A stretch of DNA of 64,000 nucleotides, taken from Macrostomum lignano (lineage: Eukaryota). Under the pieces are notes generated by a model. That model worked only from the letters and a program-made list of their open reading frames with translations, was not told the DNA's origin and did no database searches. The stretch spans positions 1-64,000 of the forward strand of contig NIVC01000957.1 in NCBI GenBank assembly GCA_002269645.1, given 5' to 3'. Shown one piece after another: positions 54,820 through 64,000 of the stretch; position 1 is the first letter of the stretch; each line of letters starts with the position of its first letter. Position numbers and translations under genes: made by a program.

Positions 54820-55565
54820 AGGGTGGATTATTCTATGGCCAAAGGTGATGCGGTTCGATGACGAGTGTCGCACGCAGAAGCAGCAGAATGAGAGTTGGAA
54901 TCAGCCAGCATCTGACCTTGGGCTTGTGGCAGCGTATCTGATGGCGCCAGGCAAATCGGATCAGGCGAACGCTCGTGCAACTCGAAAAGGAGGCCAGGGA
55001 ATCTGTTTTGACTTCAACCGGGCTGGTGGCTGCTCCAGAGCTCAGTGCCGATTTGCTCACCGATGCCGCCGGTGCGGCCGGAGTTACTCCGAAGCCTCCT
55101 TCCACCGCGAAGGGGATCCGGAGTTTCCACGCCAATGACTCGAGGACTCAGGGGCACGGGAACATCAAGAGTCGCCCCCGTGTCCCCTTAGTGAATCAGC
55201 TGTTCAGAGCGACTCCCACACCAAAAATGCTAACTCACCTCTGGAAAATCTCGTCAATACCGATAGTTTTATGAAACATCTTTGCTTATCGAGTGACATG
55301 CATCTTGAAGCCTGGAAAGAAGAATTGGAAGAAATTAATATCTCCAAAGATGAAGCCAATTTTATAATCTCTGGTGTAACTCATGGATTCCGCATTACTT
55401 AACAAGACACGCAGTGATCCCCAGCCAAACATTGAACTGGAAAACTATTATTCCTTAAAGGCCAACATTAAGCAGGCCGATGTACAGATCCAGAAAGAAG
55501 TTCTGCGCGGTCGGTATCGCCGCTGCCCGATTGGCATCAAGCCACAGATAGTCAGCGTCTTGGGA
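54820..55565 (+). mobile_element. DIRS/Ngaro-like retrotransposon fragment (Gag C-terminus and RT N-terminus), frameshifted and truncated
   Basis: FDDECR...W...CFDFNRAGGCSRAQCRFAHRCRRCG (DIRS-type Gag Cys motif); EAWKEEL...SGVTHGFRI; NYYS...IQKEVLRGRY...PQIVSVLG. Confidence 0.7.
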
Positions 55566-57493
55566 TGTCGCGACTTTCCTAGTCATTTCTTAGTTCACCT
55601 GCACTTGTCTCTGTTTACTCTGTTTTATCTCTCTGTCTAGCTCAATCTTGTTATTCTTATCTCTCTCTCCCTTGCTGCCTTCTGATTGGCTCTCCATTCT
55701 CGCCTCTCTCTTCAGTCGCGCACTTCACCCCCTCCTTATTATCTGGAGTCAACCCCCCTCTAAATTAGTCATATAAATATACTTGTTTGGGCCCTGCGCC
55801 CACTTACTGGCTGGCTTATCTTAGATTCAATTTAACTCTTATTTAAATATCTCATAGTTAAGTTTTAGTATTTTCTCTACATGGCGCCCAATGAAAAATA
55901 ATTCAGTCAATACAGTAAGGCTGGCAAAGGCCATGCCATCGTCGTAGTCGTAGCCCTCCACCAGTCATCTCGTCATCCCGTCATCGACTCTCAATCGTCT
56001 CCTCTCTGGTTGCCGGCCTCAATCGTCTCGTCTCTGGTTGCCGGCCTCTTAATCATCTCGTCTCTGGTTGCCGGCCTCTCAATCGTCTCGTCTCTGCTTG
56101 CCGGCCTCTCAATCGTCTCGTCTCTGCTTGCCGGCCTCTCAATCGTCTCGTCTGCCGGCCTCTCAATCGTCTCGTCTCTGCTTGCCGGCCTCCTAATCGT
56201 CTCGTCTCTGCTTGCCGGCCTCTCAATCGTCTCGTCTCTGCTTGCCGGCCTCTCAATCGTCTCGTCTCTGCTTGCCGGCCTCTCAATCGTCTCGTCTGCC
56301 GGCCTCTCAATCGTCTCGTCTGCCGGCCTCTCAATCGTCTCGTCTCTGGTTGCCAGCCTCTCAATCGTCTCGTCTACCGGCCTCTCAATCGTCTCGTCTC
56401 TGGTTGCCGGCCTCTCAATCGTCTCGTCTCTGGTTGCCGGCCTCTCAATCGTCTCGTCTCTGCTTGCCGGCCTCTCAATCGTCTCGTCTGCCGGCCTCTC
56501 AATCGTCTCGTCTCTGCTTGCCGGCCTCTCAATCGTTTCTGCTTGCCGGCCACTCAATCGTCTCGTCTCTGGTTGCCAGTCTCGTCTTCGGAGTCGGTGC
56601 CGGCAGCATATTCACATTTCAACTCGGGCTGTCGGTCTCGTCTTCGGAGTCGGTGCCGGCGGCATATTCACAATTCAACTCGGGCCGTCGTCACGTCGTC
56701 GGAGTCGATGTCGGCAGTCAATCTCACCGGTCTTTGTCAAACTTTCTTCACTCGGTCCCCTCCTCTCTTGTCAGTGTCTCCAGTTGTCTAGTCGTCTCCA
56801 GTTGTTCTTTTCATCAACTTGATTCTCATCTCATCTCATCTCTCTCATCTCAGCTCTCGTACTCAACTGACAATGTTAATGTTTTCTCTAAACTTTACTA
56901 GCCATTTACAATTAAAAATTGCTAATTTTTAGGGGGGAGGGTGGATATATTTAATTTAGTCTTTTCAGTCTTCTCATTGGTTCAAAAAACTACTCATTAA
57001 AAATCTAAGTTTAAAATTCGGTTTAAATATTTTGCATTCACTCTACTGTTTTTGTATTCAAATTCTTAGTCATTATGTATTTTTCAAATCGTTTTATACA
57101 CCATTTATTGTGAATGTGTTTTTCAATTTAATTCGACCTAATTCTAACTCATTAATTTCAATTGGTAATGGTAGTCAATTATTAAAAAATGTTCCATTTT
57201 TTGGGGGGAGTGTCGCTACTTTCCTAGTCATTTCTTAGTTCACCTTCACTTGTCTCTGTTTACTCTTTTTTCTCTCTCTCTGTCTAGCTCAATCTTGTTA
57301 TTCTTATCTCTCTCTCCCTTGCTGCCTTCTGATTGGCTCTCCATTCTCGCCTCTCTCTTCAGTCGCGCACTTCACCCCTCTCCTTATTATCTGGAGTCAA
57401 CCCCCCTCTAAATTAGTCATGTAAATATACTTCTTTGGGCCCTGCGCCCACTTACTGGCTGGCTTATCTTCAATCGTTAGTATTTTCTCTACA
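55566..57493 (+). mobile_element. Non-autonomous LTR element (TRIM-like)
   Basis: Direct repeats 55566-55881 and 57211-57493 (TG...CA); PBS tggcgcccaa (tRNA-Lys-like) at 55882; PPT ggggggag; no coding domains inside; no TSD. Confidence 0.8.
55985..56580. repeat. 21/27-bp minisatellite inside the TRIM-like element
   Basis: Unit gccggcctctcaatcgtctcgtct(ctgctt). Confidence 0.92.
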
Positions 57494-58112
57494 AAAGAAA
57501 AGGAAAGGAACGGAGAGTATAGAGAAACTGATTAAACACACAGGATATATATAACATGCGCAGATAATTCCCAGAGGGGGGGGGCACCAATTGGAACAGC
57601 AAGTGGGTCACCCAAGGGAAAGAGAAAAACCGGCAGCTGGAAACACTAAAACAAACAAACAAAAAGGGGGGAGCTCCGAACGGAGCAACCGGGGGAACAG
57701 GCGAGGGAACAATCAGAGGAACAAAAGTGACGTCAATCGTCAGCCGGTGGAAACCCGTCTCGTCAACCGTCACAGATTGCTGCAGTCCTCCCAGTGGTAG
57801 ACCGGCCTACCACACCACAATATATAAATACAAAGAACGTGAACGTAGAGCACACCAACGATTCTAATGGTAATTTCCTGACATTACCATTGACCTTGGG
57901 CATATTCAACTTACTAAAATTATTTTTTTTCACTTGAATTAGTCAAACAAGCTGCTTGCTAGTACTCTCGTGTAATACACGGGTGACGGGCTTGATGATT
58001 CCTATGACCTATATATACAATATATTATTATTAGCTCGTATATCATGAATCATGACAAGAAAAATTATACAACAAAATTTGTCTACTACGAACATGCCAT
58101 AATATGAGTATG

Positions 58113-58345
58113 TGAGGTGGGGGCGGAGAAGAAAAGAAAATTTAAGGGTAGGCGGTTAATAACGTTTGAATTGCCGCCTGTGTTGTCTCGGCACTCGTAA
58201 AGCCGGAAAATTTCAAGAAATGATTCGTGTCGCTTCTCCTTTGATACTCCGTCTGCCGGGGTCCTCAATTCCGGGAGGAGGGTAGTCGTAATTAGCAGTC
58301 GAGCAGTCTTTTAACGGCACGGTCGTTCAATTGGGTCCTCAGGCA
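58113..58345 (-). repeat. Copy 2 (inverted, 5'-truncated) of the structured repeat
   Basis: Reverse complement nearly identical to 59270-59470. Confidence 0.8.
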
Positions 58346-58740
58346 ATTTCGTCGTTTTTGCGTTCAATTTCGGCGCCAGCGCTAGTATGCAGTCCAAACA
58401 ACTGAGCCATAGACACTGGGCAACTTTTGCGTTCAAATTCGGCCTTTTTGCGTCCTATTTCGGCAGCTTACGGCATCAAACATACTTGCGGAGACGACTA
58501 TAGGCCTGCTTTAGGAGACAAATTTTTCGTCCCACCCTCACTGAATGCGATCGAGTGAGAAAGTGTTTATGGCAAAAACATTCGAACTGTGTCCACAGTG
58601 CGGCCCATGTGATTGCGCTGCCGAAATAGGACGCAAAAAGGCCGAATTTGAACGCAAAAGTTGCCCAGTGTCTATGGCTCAGTTGTTTGGACTGCATACT
58701 AGCGCTCGCGCCGAAATTGAACGCAAAAACGACGAAATTG
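58344..58740. mobile_element. Fold-back element/MITE with ~125-bp near-perfect inverted repeats
   Basis: 58344-58468 matches the reverse complement of 58617-58740; ~150-bp spacer; no TSD seen. Confidence 0.85.
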
Positions 58741-59115
58741 ATTGCAAAAAGGTATATTTATATGTCTGTGTAACCAACTTTGCTCTCATTCCTGCTCCTT
58801 GGTCGTGTTGCGTTCCGTTTTAGTTTGCTCTCTTGTGTTCTAGTAAGCTTGTGCTCTATCTTGTGCTTAATTTCGTACTTTGTTCGTTTATTCTTCAACT
58901 TAAGCACCGCTAGCGTCTGATTTTATTTTAGTCACCCTATTGCTCGCTCTCGGCACCGCCGAATTGTTCTCTGTCGAGTCCGCCACAAAGTAATAATTTA
59001 GTAACTCTATTGCCGTATACCATTATCCAGTTTATTAACATAATAAAATTTAACCAATTTAATAATTATTTATTCGTTCGTTCTTATTCGAAGCCCTTAG
59101 TTTTCTATTGAGTTA

Positions 59116-59535
59116 TTTGCACACGGGGCGTAAAACAATCAATTAGTCTCATCTCAAAGAAAGCACTGAGACCCTTAACGTTCCGTAATACAAAATTACG
59201 GTGGTGGCAGTGCTACTTTACTACTGATAGTAACAAACCGAGCATGTCAACAGATTACGAATTTTACGGTGCCTGAGGACCCAATTGAACGACCGTGCCG
59301 TTAAAAGACTGCTCGACTGCTAATTACGACTACCCTCCTCCCGGAATTGAGGACCCCGGCAGACGGAGTATCAAAGGAGAAGCGACACGAATCAGTTCTT
59401 GAAATTTTCCGGCTTTACGAGTGCCGAGATAACGCAGGCGGCGATTAAAAGTTAGAATCCGCCCCACCTTTTGGTGTCAGAAACCTACGACTTACAAATC
59501 AATCAATTTATTTATTTTCTTTTCCACCCCACCTC
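59116..59535 (+). repeat. Copy 3 of the structured repeat
   Basis: Contains stems gtctca/tgagac and ccgtaat/attacgg; followed by hairpin cagtggtag-gccgga-ctaccactg. Confidence 0.8.
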
Positions 59536-60153
59536 AGTGGTAGGCCGGACTACCACTGTCTGAGCGGAACGAGACCTCCGTGGGCAATGATTAATTATTT
59601 CTCCTTTAAGTGGTGCCTCGTATGACGTCAATATGTTCCCATGCTTGGTCCCGCTGTTGTCCCTTGTGTTGGACCCAACCCGTGTTCCTCCCTTTTTGTT
59701 TTATTTCTGCTGCGTCCCTTGTGTTGGTCCAATTCCTGGCTTTCCTCCTTTTCCTCCGGTTGCCCCACCTGTTGTGCCACCCGGTGACCCACCTATTGTT
59801 TTCTTAACTTTCTCCCCTACTTAATAAATGTGTTTTGGGCACGAAAATGTTATGCTCTTCCTTCCTCCCGCTCCCTCGTTATTTTCTGTGTATACGTGCT
59901 AACTTACAGTTTCCCCATTGCTCACATTCATTTGCTCCGTTTTAATTTGTAGCTAACAGTTCTTTTATCCAACCTATAGTGCGCTTGGCGGCTCTGCCGG
60001 ATAATATCTCATCCGAACGTCGGCCAGTAAAAATAATATTAACACTAGCTTGCTCATCGTATTTATCTAGTTAATACAATATTAACTAATAAGCTCTACG
60101 TCAATTTATTCCTTAGTAACTAATTGAAGCCCTCCTAGTTTTCTATTGAGTCA

Positions 60154-60560
60154 TTTGCCCGTGGGGCGTTAAACAACCAAATTAATCTCATCTCTGAACG
60201 AGCTTTGAGATCTCAACGTTCCGTAATACGCAAATTACGGTGGTGGCAGCACTACTCTACTATTAGTAAGCAACTAAGAGAAACGACGTACATTGAAATT
60301 ACGGAGTCTAAGGACCCAAACTGAACGACCGTGCCTGTTTAAAAGACCGCTCGACTGCGATTACGACTACCCTCACCCCGGACTTAAGGACCCGGCAGAC
60401 GGAGTACAAGGAAAAAGCTACCGCAACGAAACTGCGCAATTTTTCCGGCTTTACGAGTGCCGAGATAACGAAGGCGGCAATTCAAATGTATCAACCGCCC
60501 CAACTCATTGGTGTCAGCGACGACCGACTTACAAAGTTTATTTTCTCTGCCCCCACCTCA
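60154..60560 (+). repeat. Copy 4 of the structured repeat
   Basis: About 1040 bp downstream of copy 3, with homologous AT-rich upstream sequence. Confidence 0.8.
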
Positions 60561-61088
60561 AAATTTTAATTTTTAAGTCATTAAGTCAACGAGCGATTCA
60601 ATTAAAAAAGTGCGAAAATTGTTTACTTAACTGTGCTTGTGCGTAAAAAACAAAAACGGTCAAGCGAAATTGGGTAAACGACCGTATGGTAATGTATTAT
60701 TCCTATATACTAAAAACATATATTCTTATATACTAAAGTTGAGTTTGTTTGTTTGTTTGTTTGCTTGTAACAGAAAATCTTGCGAACGGAATGACCGATT
60801 TTCTCCGTTTTTGCACCATTAGATGGCAAATTGTCCGGAATCGGTACACGTATTTTTAATAAGCTATCCAAATTAAAGAGGCCTCTCAATTGTCAGAAAA
60901 CAGGTTTTTGCCCATCTCGCTAATGTATTTTTTCGGCAGTGAGAGCTTGCAAACGGTTTTGGCCATAGATTATAATGCTAATAGATGTAGGCTGCTTGGT
61001 TTTTATGTAGCCCACTGCTTCCTTTCCTTCTTTCTTTTCTTTGGTTTTTGAACCCTCTAATAGTGCTTTATCTATTTAGCCCCACTGT

Positions 61089-64000
61089 ATGATGGTGCGC
61101 CGTGGCGCAAGCCATTTGAAGAGAAGCCGTGACGCAAAGAAAAGACGACTGGCCGAGTCTGCTGGAGAGCGCGATGCCCGTCTGGAAGAGCAGCGGCGGC
61201 GAGACGCCGAGCGCCGCGCTGTTGAAGACGAGGCTGAGCGATTTGCCCGTCTGGAGGAACAGCGGCAGAGACAGGCTGAATGTCGCGTTGCTGAAGACGA
61301 GGCTGAGCGGATTGCCCGTCTGGAGGAACAGCGGCAGAGACAGGCTGAGTGTCGCGTTGCTGAAGACGAGGCTGAGCGGATTGCCCGTCTGGAGGAACAG
61401 CGGCAGAGACAGGCTTTGTTTCGCGCTGCTGAAGACGAGGCTGAGCGGATTGCCCGTCTGGAGGAACAGCGGCAGAAACAGGCTGAGTGTCGCGTTGCTG
61501 AAGACGAGGCTGAGCGGATTGCCCGTCTGGAGGAACAGCGGCAGAGACAGGCTTTGTTTCGCGCTGCTGAAGACGAGGCTGAGCGGATTGCCCGTCTGGA
61601 GGAACAGCGGCAGAGACAGGCTGAGTTTCGCGCTGCTGAGGACGAGGCTGAGCGGATTACCCGTCTGGAAGAGCAGCGGCAGAGACAGGCTGATTGTCGG
61701 CGCGGTCACCAGGTTACCTTGTGTCGAATCTATTGTGCCCTTTAGTCAGTTGCAGGTCAATACCACCATTGGCGATGGCAACTGCTTTTTTCATGCCGTG
61801 TGCGACCAGCTACGTGGCACACCGCATCAAACCGATGCCGCTACCCTTCGGCACGAGTTGGCCTGTCGTGCAGTTGAACTTTTGCCACAGTTGGTCGCGA
61901 ATGGCATCATCGCGCCTGACTGCGCCGATGAGATTGCGAATTCCTCCTTTCAGGAAGGGGTTTATATTTCAGACGAAGTGGCAGCTCTGTTTAGTAGCTG
62001 CTTTGACATGGACCTGGTGATTTACCAGTCCAATGGTAATGTGCTGCAATATTTCAAGTGTGACAAGCAGCCTCCCAATGCCACTGTGCGTGTGCTCTTG
62101 AGTCACGAGCACTACGAGTCGCTCAGACTTCGACCGTCTCTGCAAGCTTCTTCAGGTGCAGAGTGTCCCAGGCCAATGGCAAGCGGCTCAAAGGCAGTGC
62201 CAGTTGACATCCACAGCTCATGTGCCGACATTGGAGCATCGGGTGATCATCGGTGAGTCTTCTTCATTTGTCTTTTTGATTTGAACTGCTGTCCTCACAA
62301 CATGTCTTATTCCACTGTACTCACAGGCGTGCCGAGCCATTGCTGCCTGAGGCCCCGGCTCACCAGTGTGGACCAATGAACAACGCCTGCAATGACTGTG
62401 GCGCATTGTTTTGGGCCAAAGAGACGCGCAACTTCTGCTGCGCCAAGGGCAAGGTGAAGCTGCCCACCCGTACGATGCCGCAGGTCTTGGTAGATCTTTA
62501 CACGGGGCAGCACCGACTCAGTGCAGAGTTCCTGGCCCACATCAGGAGCTACAATGCGGTGCTGCACCTCACATCTCTGGGTGTGAAGCTCAGAATGGTG
62601 CCTGGCTATAGTCCCAGCTTCATCATCAGCGGCCAGCTGCATCACAATATGGGGCCGCTGCTTGCCGACCCCTCAGCCGAGCCGCATGGCTGGCAGGTGT
62701 ATTTTACTGACCGCGAATTGGAGAGCCGCCTGAGCCTCAGTCAGAGAGTGAAGCCGGAGCTGCTAAAGCTGCTGCAAACTCTGCTGCATCAATCCAACGG
62801 CTACGTGCAAAGCCTTCGAGCTGCTGTTCAGCGAATCAGTGGCGACCCTGAGCTGGGAGATGCGCGAATTGTGATTCACCCGGACCGAAGACCAGCAGGG
62901 GAACACATTCGGTGAGTTTGTGGTGTCAAAATAAACTATGATGTATATATTGTATATATTCATGATACAATATATAAAAATATAAAAATATAAAAATATG
63001 ATTTTTCCTCAGGCGCTACAATCTTCCTATGGCCAATGAGGTTGGCATTCTTATCGTTGGTGGCACAGAGGACGCAACGACAAATCGTGACGTTGTGATC
63101 CGACTGCGTGGTGGCCAAGTCCAGCGCATAGCCGAGACGTACCGGTCCTATGACCCTCTGGAGTACGTGCTGCTGTTCCCCAATGGCGAGGACGGCTGGC
63201 ACCCGGAGCTGAAGATGGCGAATGGGCGGAAGCTGACGCCCATGAAGTACTACGCCAGCGAAATCATGGTGCGAGCTGGCCAGTTCAATGTGCTGCACCA
63301 CGGCAGGCGTCTGTTCCAGCAGTACCTGGTGGACATGGCTGCCAAGATCGAGTCCGAGAGGCTGCTGTACCTGCGGACTCATCAGGAGGACCTGCGCAGC
63401 GAGACTTACAGCGGCCTGAGAGACGCCCTGTTTGCTGCTGATGGCAGGCACACTGAAGCCGATCCCAATGAGATTGGTAAGCCTGCTCATGTGTATCTGT
63501 CCTCCAGTTTTGTTGGTGGACCCAGGTACCTGATGGAGAGGCTGCAGGACGCAATGTCCTACGTGCACAAGTTTGGTAAGCCAGACCTGTTTGTCACGGC
63601 CACGTGCAACCCGAAGTGGCCAGAGATTACGGTGCAGCTGCTGCCTGGTCAGCGGCCTGAAGACCGTCCGGACATTGTGACCCGGGTGTTTGAATTAAAG
63701 AAAAAAGCTCTGATTGAAGAGCTCAGGAAGCGCTTTGGCAAGGAAGCTGCGCATGTCTGCTCACTGGAGTTCCAGAAGCGCGGTGAGTTGATCCGTTTTC
63801 TCTGTGATGAACTGCAAAAAGTAAAGTCTTATAATTAATGTCTTTTGTCTCATGATTAATTATAAGACATTACTTATTTATAAAACATTCAACACAGGCC
63901 TTCCCCATGTGCACTTTCTGCTGTGGCTGGCAAACGGAAGTCGAGTCACTCCGGATCGCTACGATGCCATCGTGTCTGCGGAGATCCCAGACCCACAGCG
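61089..64000 (+). CDS. Helitron Rep/helicase polyprotein with coiled-coil repeats, OTU protease, Helitron_like_N and HUH Rep; exons 61089-61712, 61756-62252, 62327-62911, 63013-63782, 63898->64000
   Basis: Phase-consistent GT-AG introns; OTU GDGNCFFHAV...HYESL; CNDCGALFW...CCAKGKV; FLAHIRSYN; YDPLEYVLLFPNGEDGWH; LFQQYLVD; GKPDLFVTATCNPKWPEI; EFQKRG|LPHVH (HUH). Confidence 0.93.
61165..61700 (+). repeat. Coding 60-bp repeat (20 aa, about 8-9 copies)
   Basis: AEDEAERIARLEEQRQRQAE unit. Confidence 0.95.

Larger units (their letters stand above)
60701..64000 (+). mobile_element. Helitron (5' portion), continuing beyond the window
   Basis: 5' end TC-tatatactaaa followed by a (GTTT)n tract; Rep/helicase gene inside. 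Confidence 0.88.

Noticed and set aside
55991-56901. ETIERPASRD-type repeat ORFs inside the TRIM-like element
   Set aside because: Minisatellite translations open on both strands; no gag or pol motifs.

Overview
Eukaryotic (animal) genomic DNA: GC3-rich exons with GT-AG introns, and introns filled with minisatellites. The style suggests a repeat-rich invertebrate such as the flatworm Macrostomum; this is inference only. Two host genes on the minus strand can be rebuilt exon by exon with consistent splice phases: an 8-exon otopetrin proton channel (19333->5257, 701 aa) and a PAR-1/MARK kinase (33287->26175, kinase-UBA-KA1, first exon not certain). Part of a third, unidentified spliced gene lies at the left edge. 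The rest is mobile DNA: a CORE-type tRNA-SINE; a 2.3-kb P-superfamily element with 8-bp TSD and a spliced THAP gene; a separate 36-bp P-type excision footprint; a young Gypsy LTR retrotransposon (36073-49017) containing a 6.3-kb TIR element; a decayed MULE-type transposase; a DIRS/Ngaro fragment cut by a TRIM-like LTR element; a fold-back MITE; four diverged copies of a structured ~430-bp repeat; and the 5' part of an intron-containing Helitron with an OTU domain. The most interesting signals are the P footprint beside a KP-like deleted P element, a splice donor amplified six-fold inside a minisatellite, and the structured repeat family with a compensatory base change. All coordinates and alignments were read by eye.
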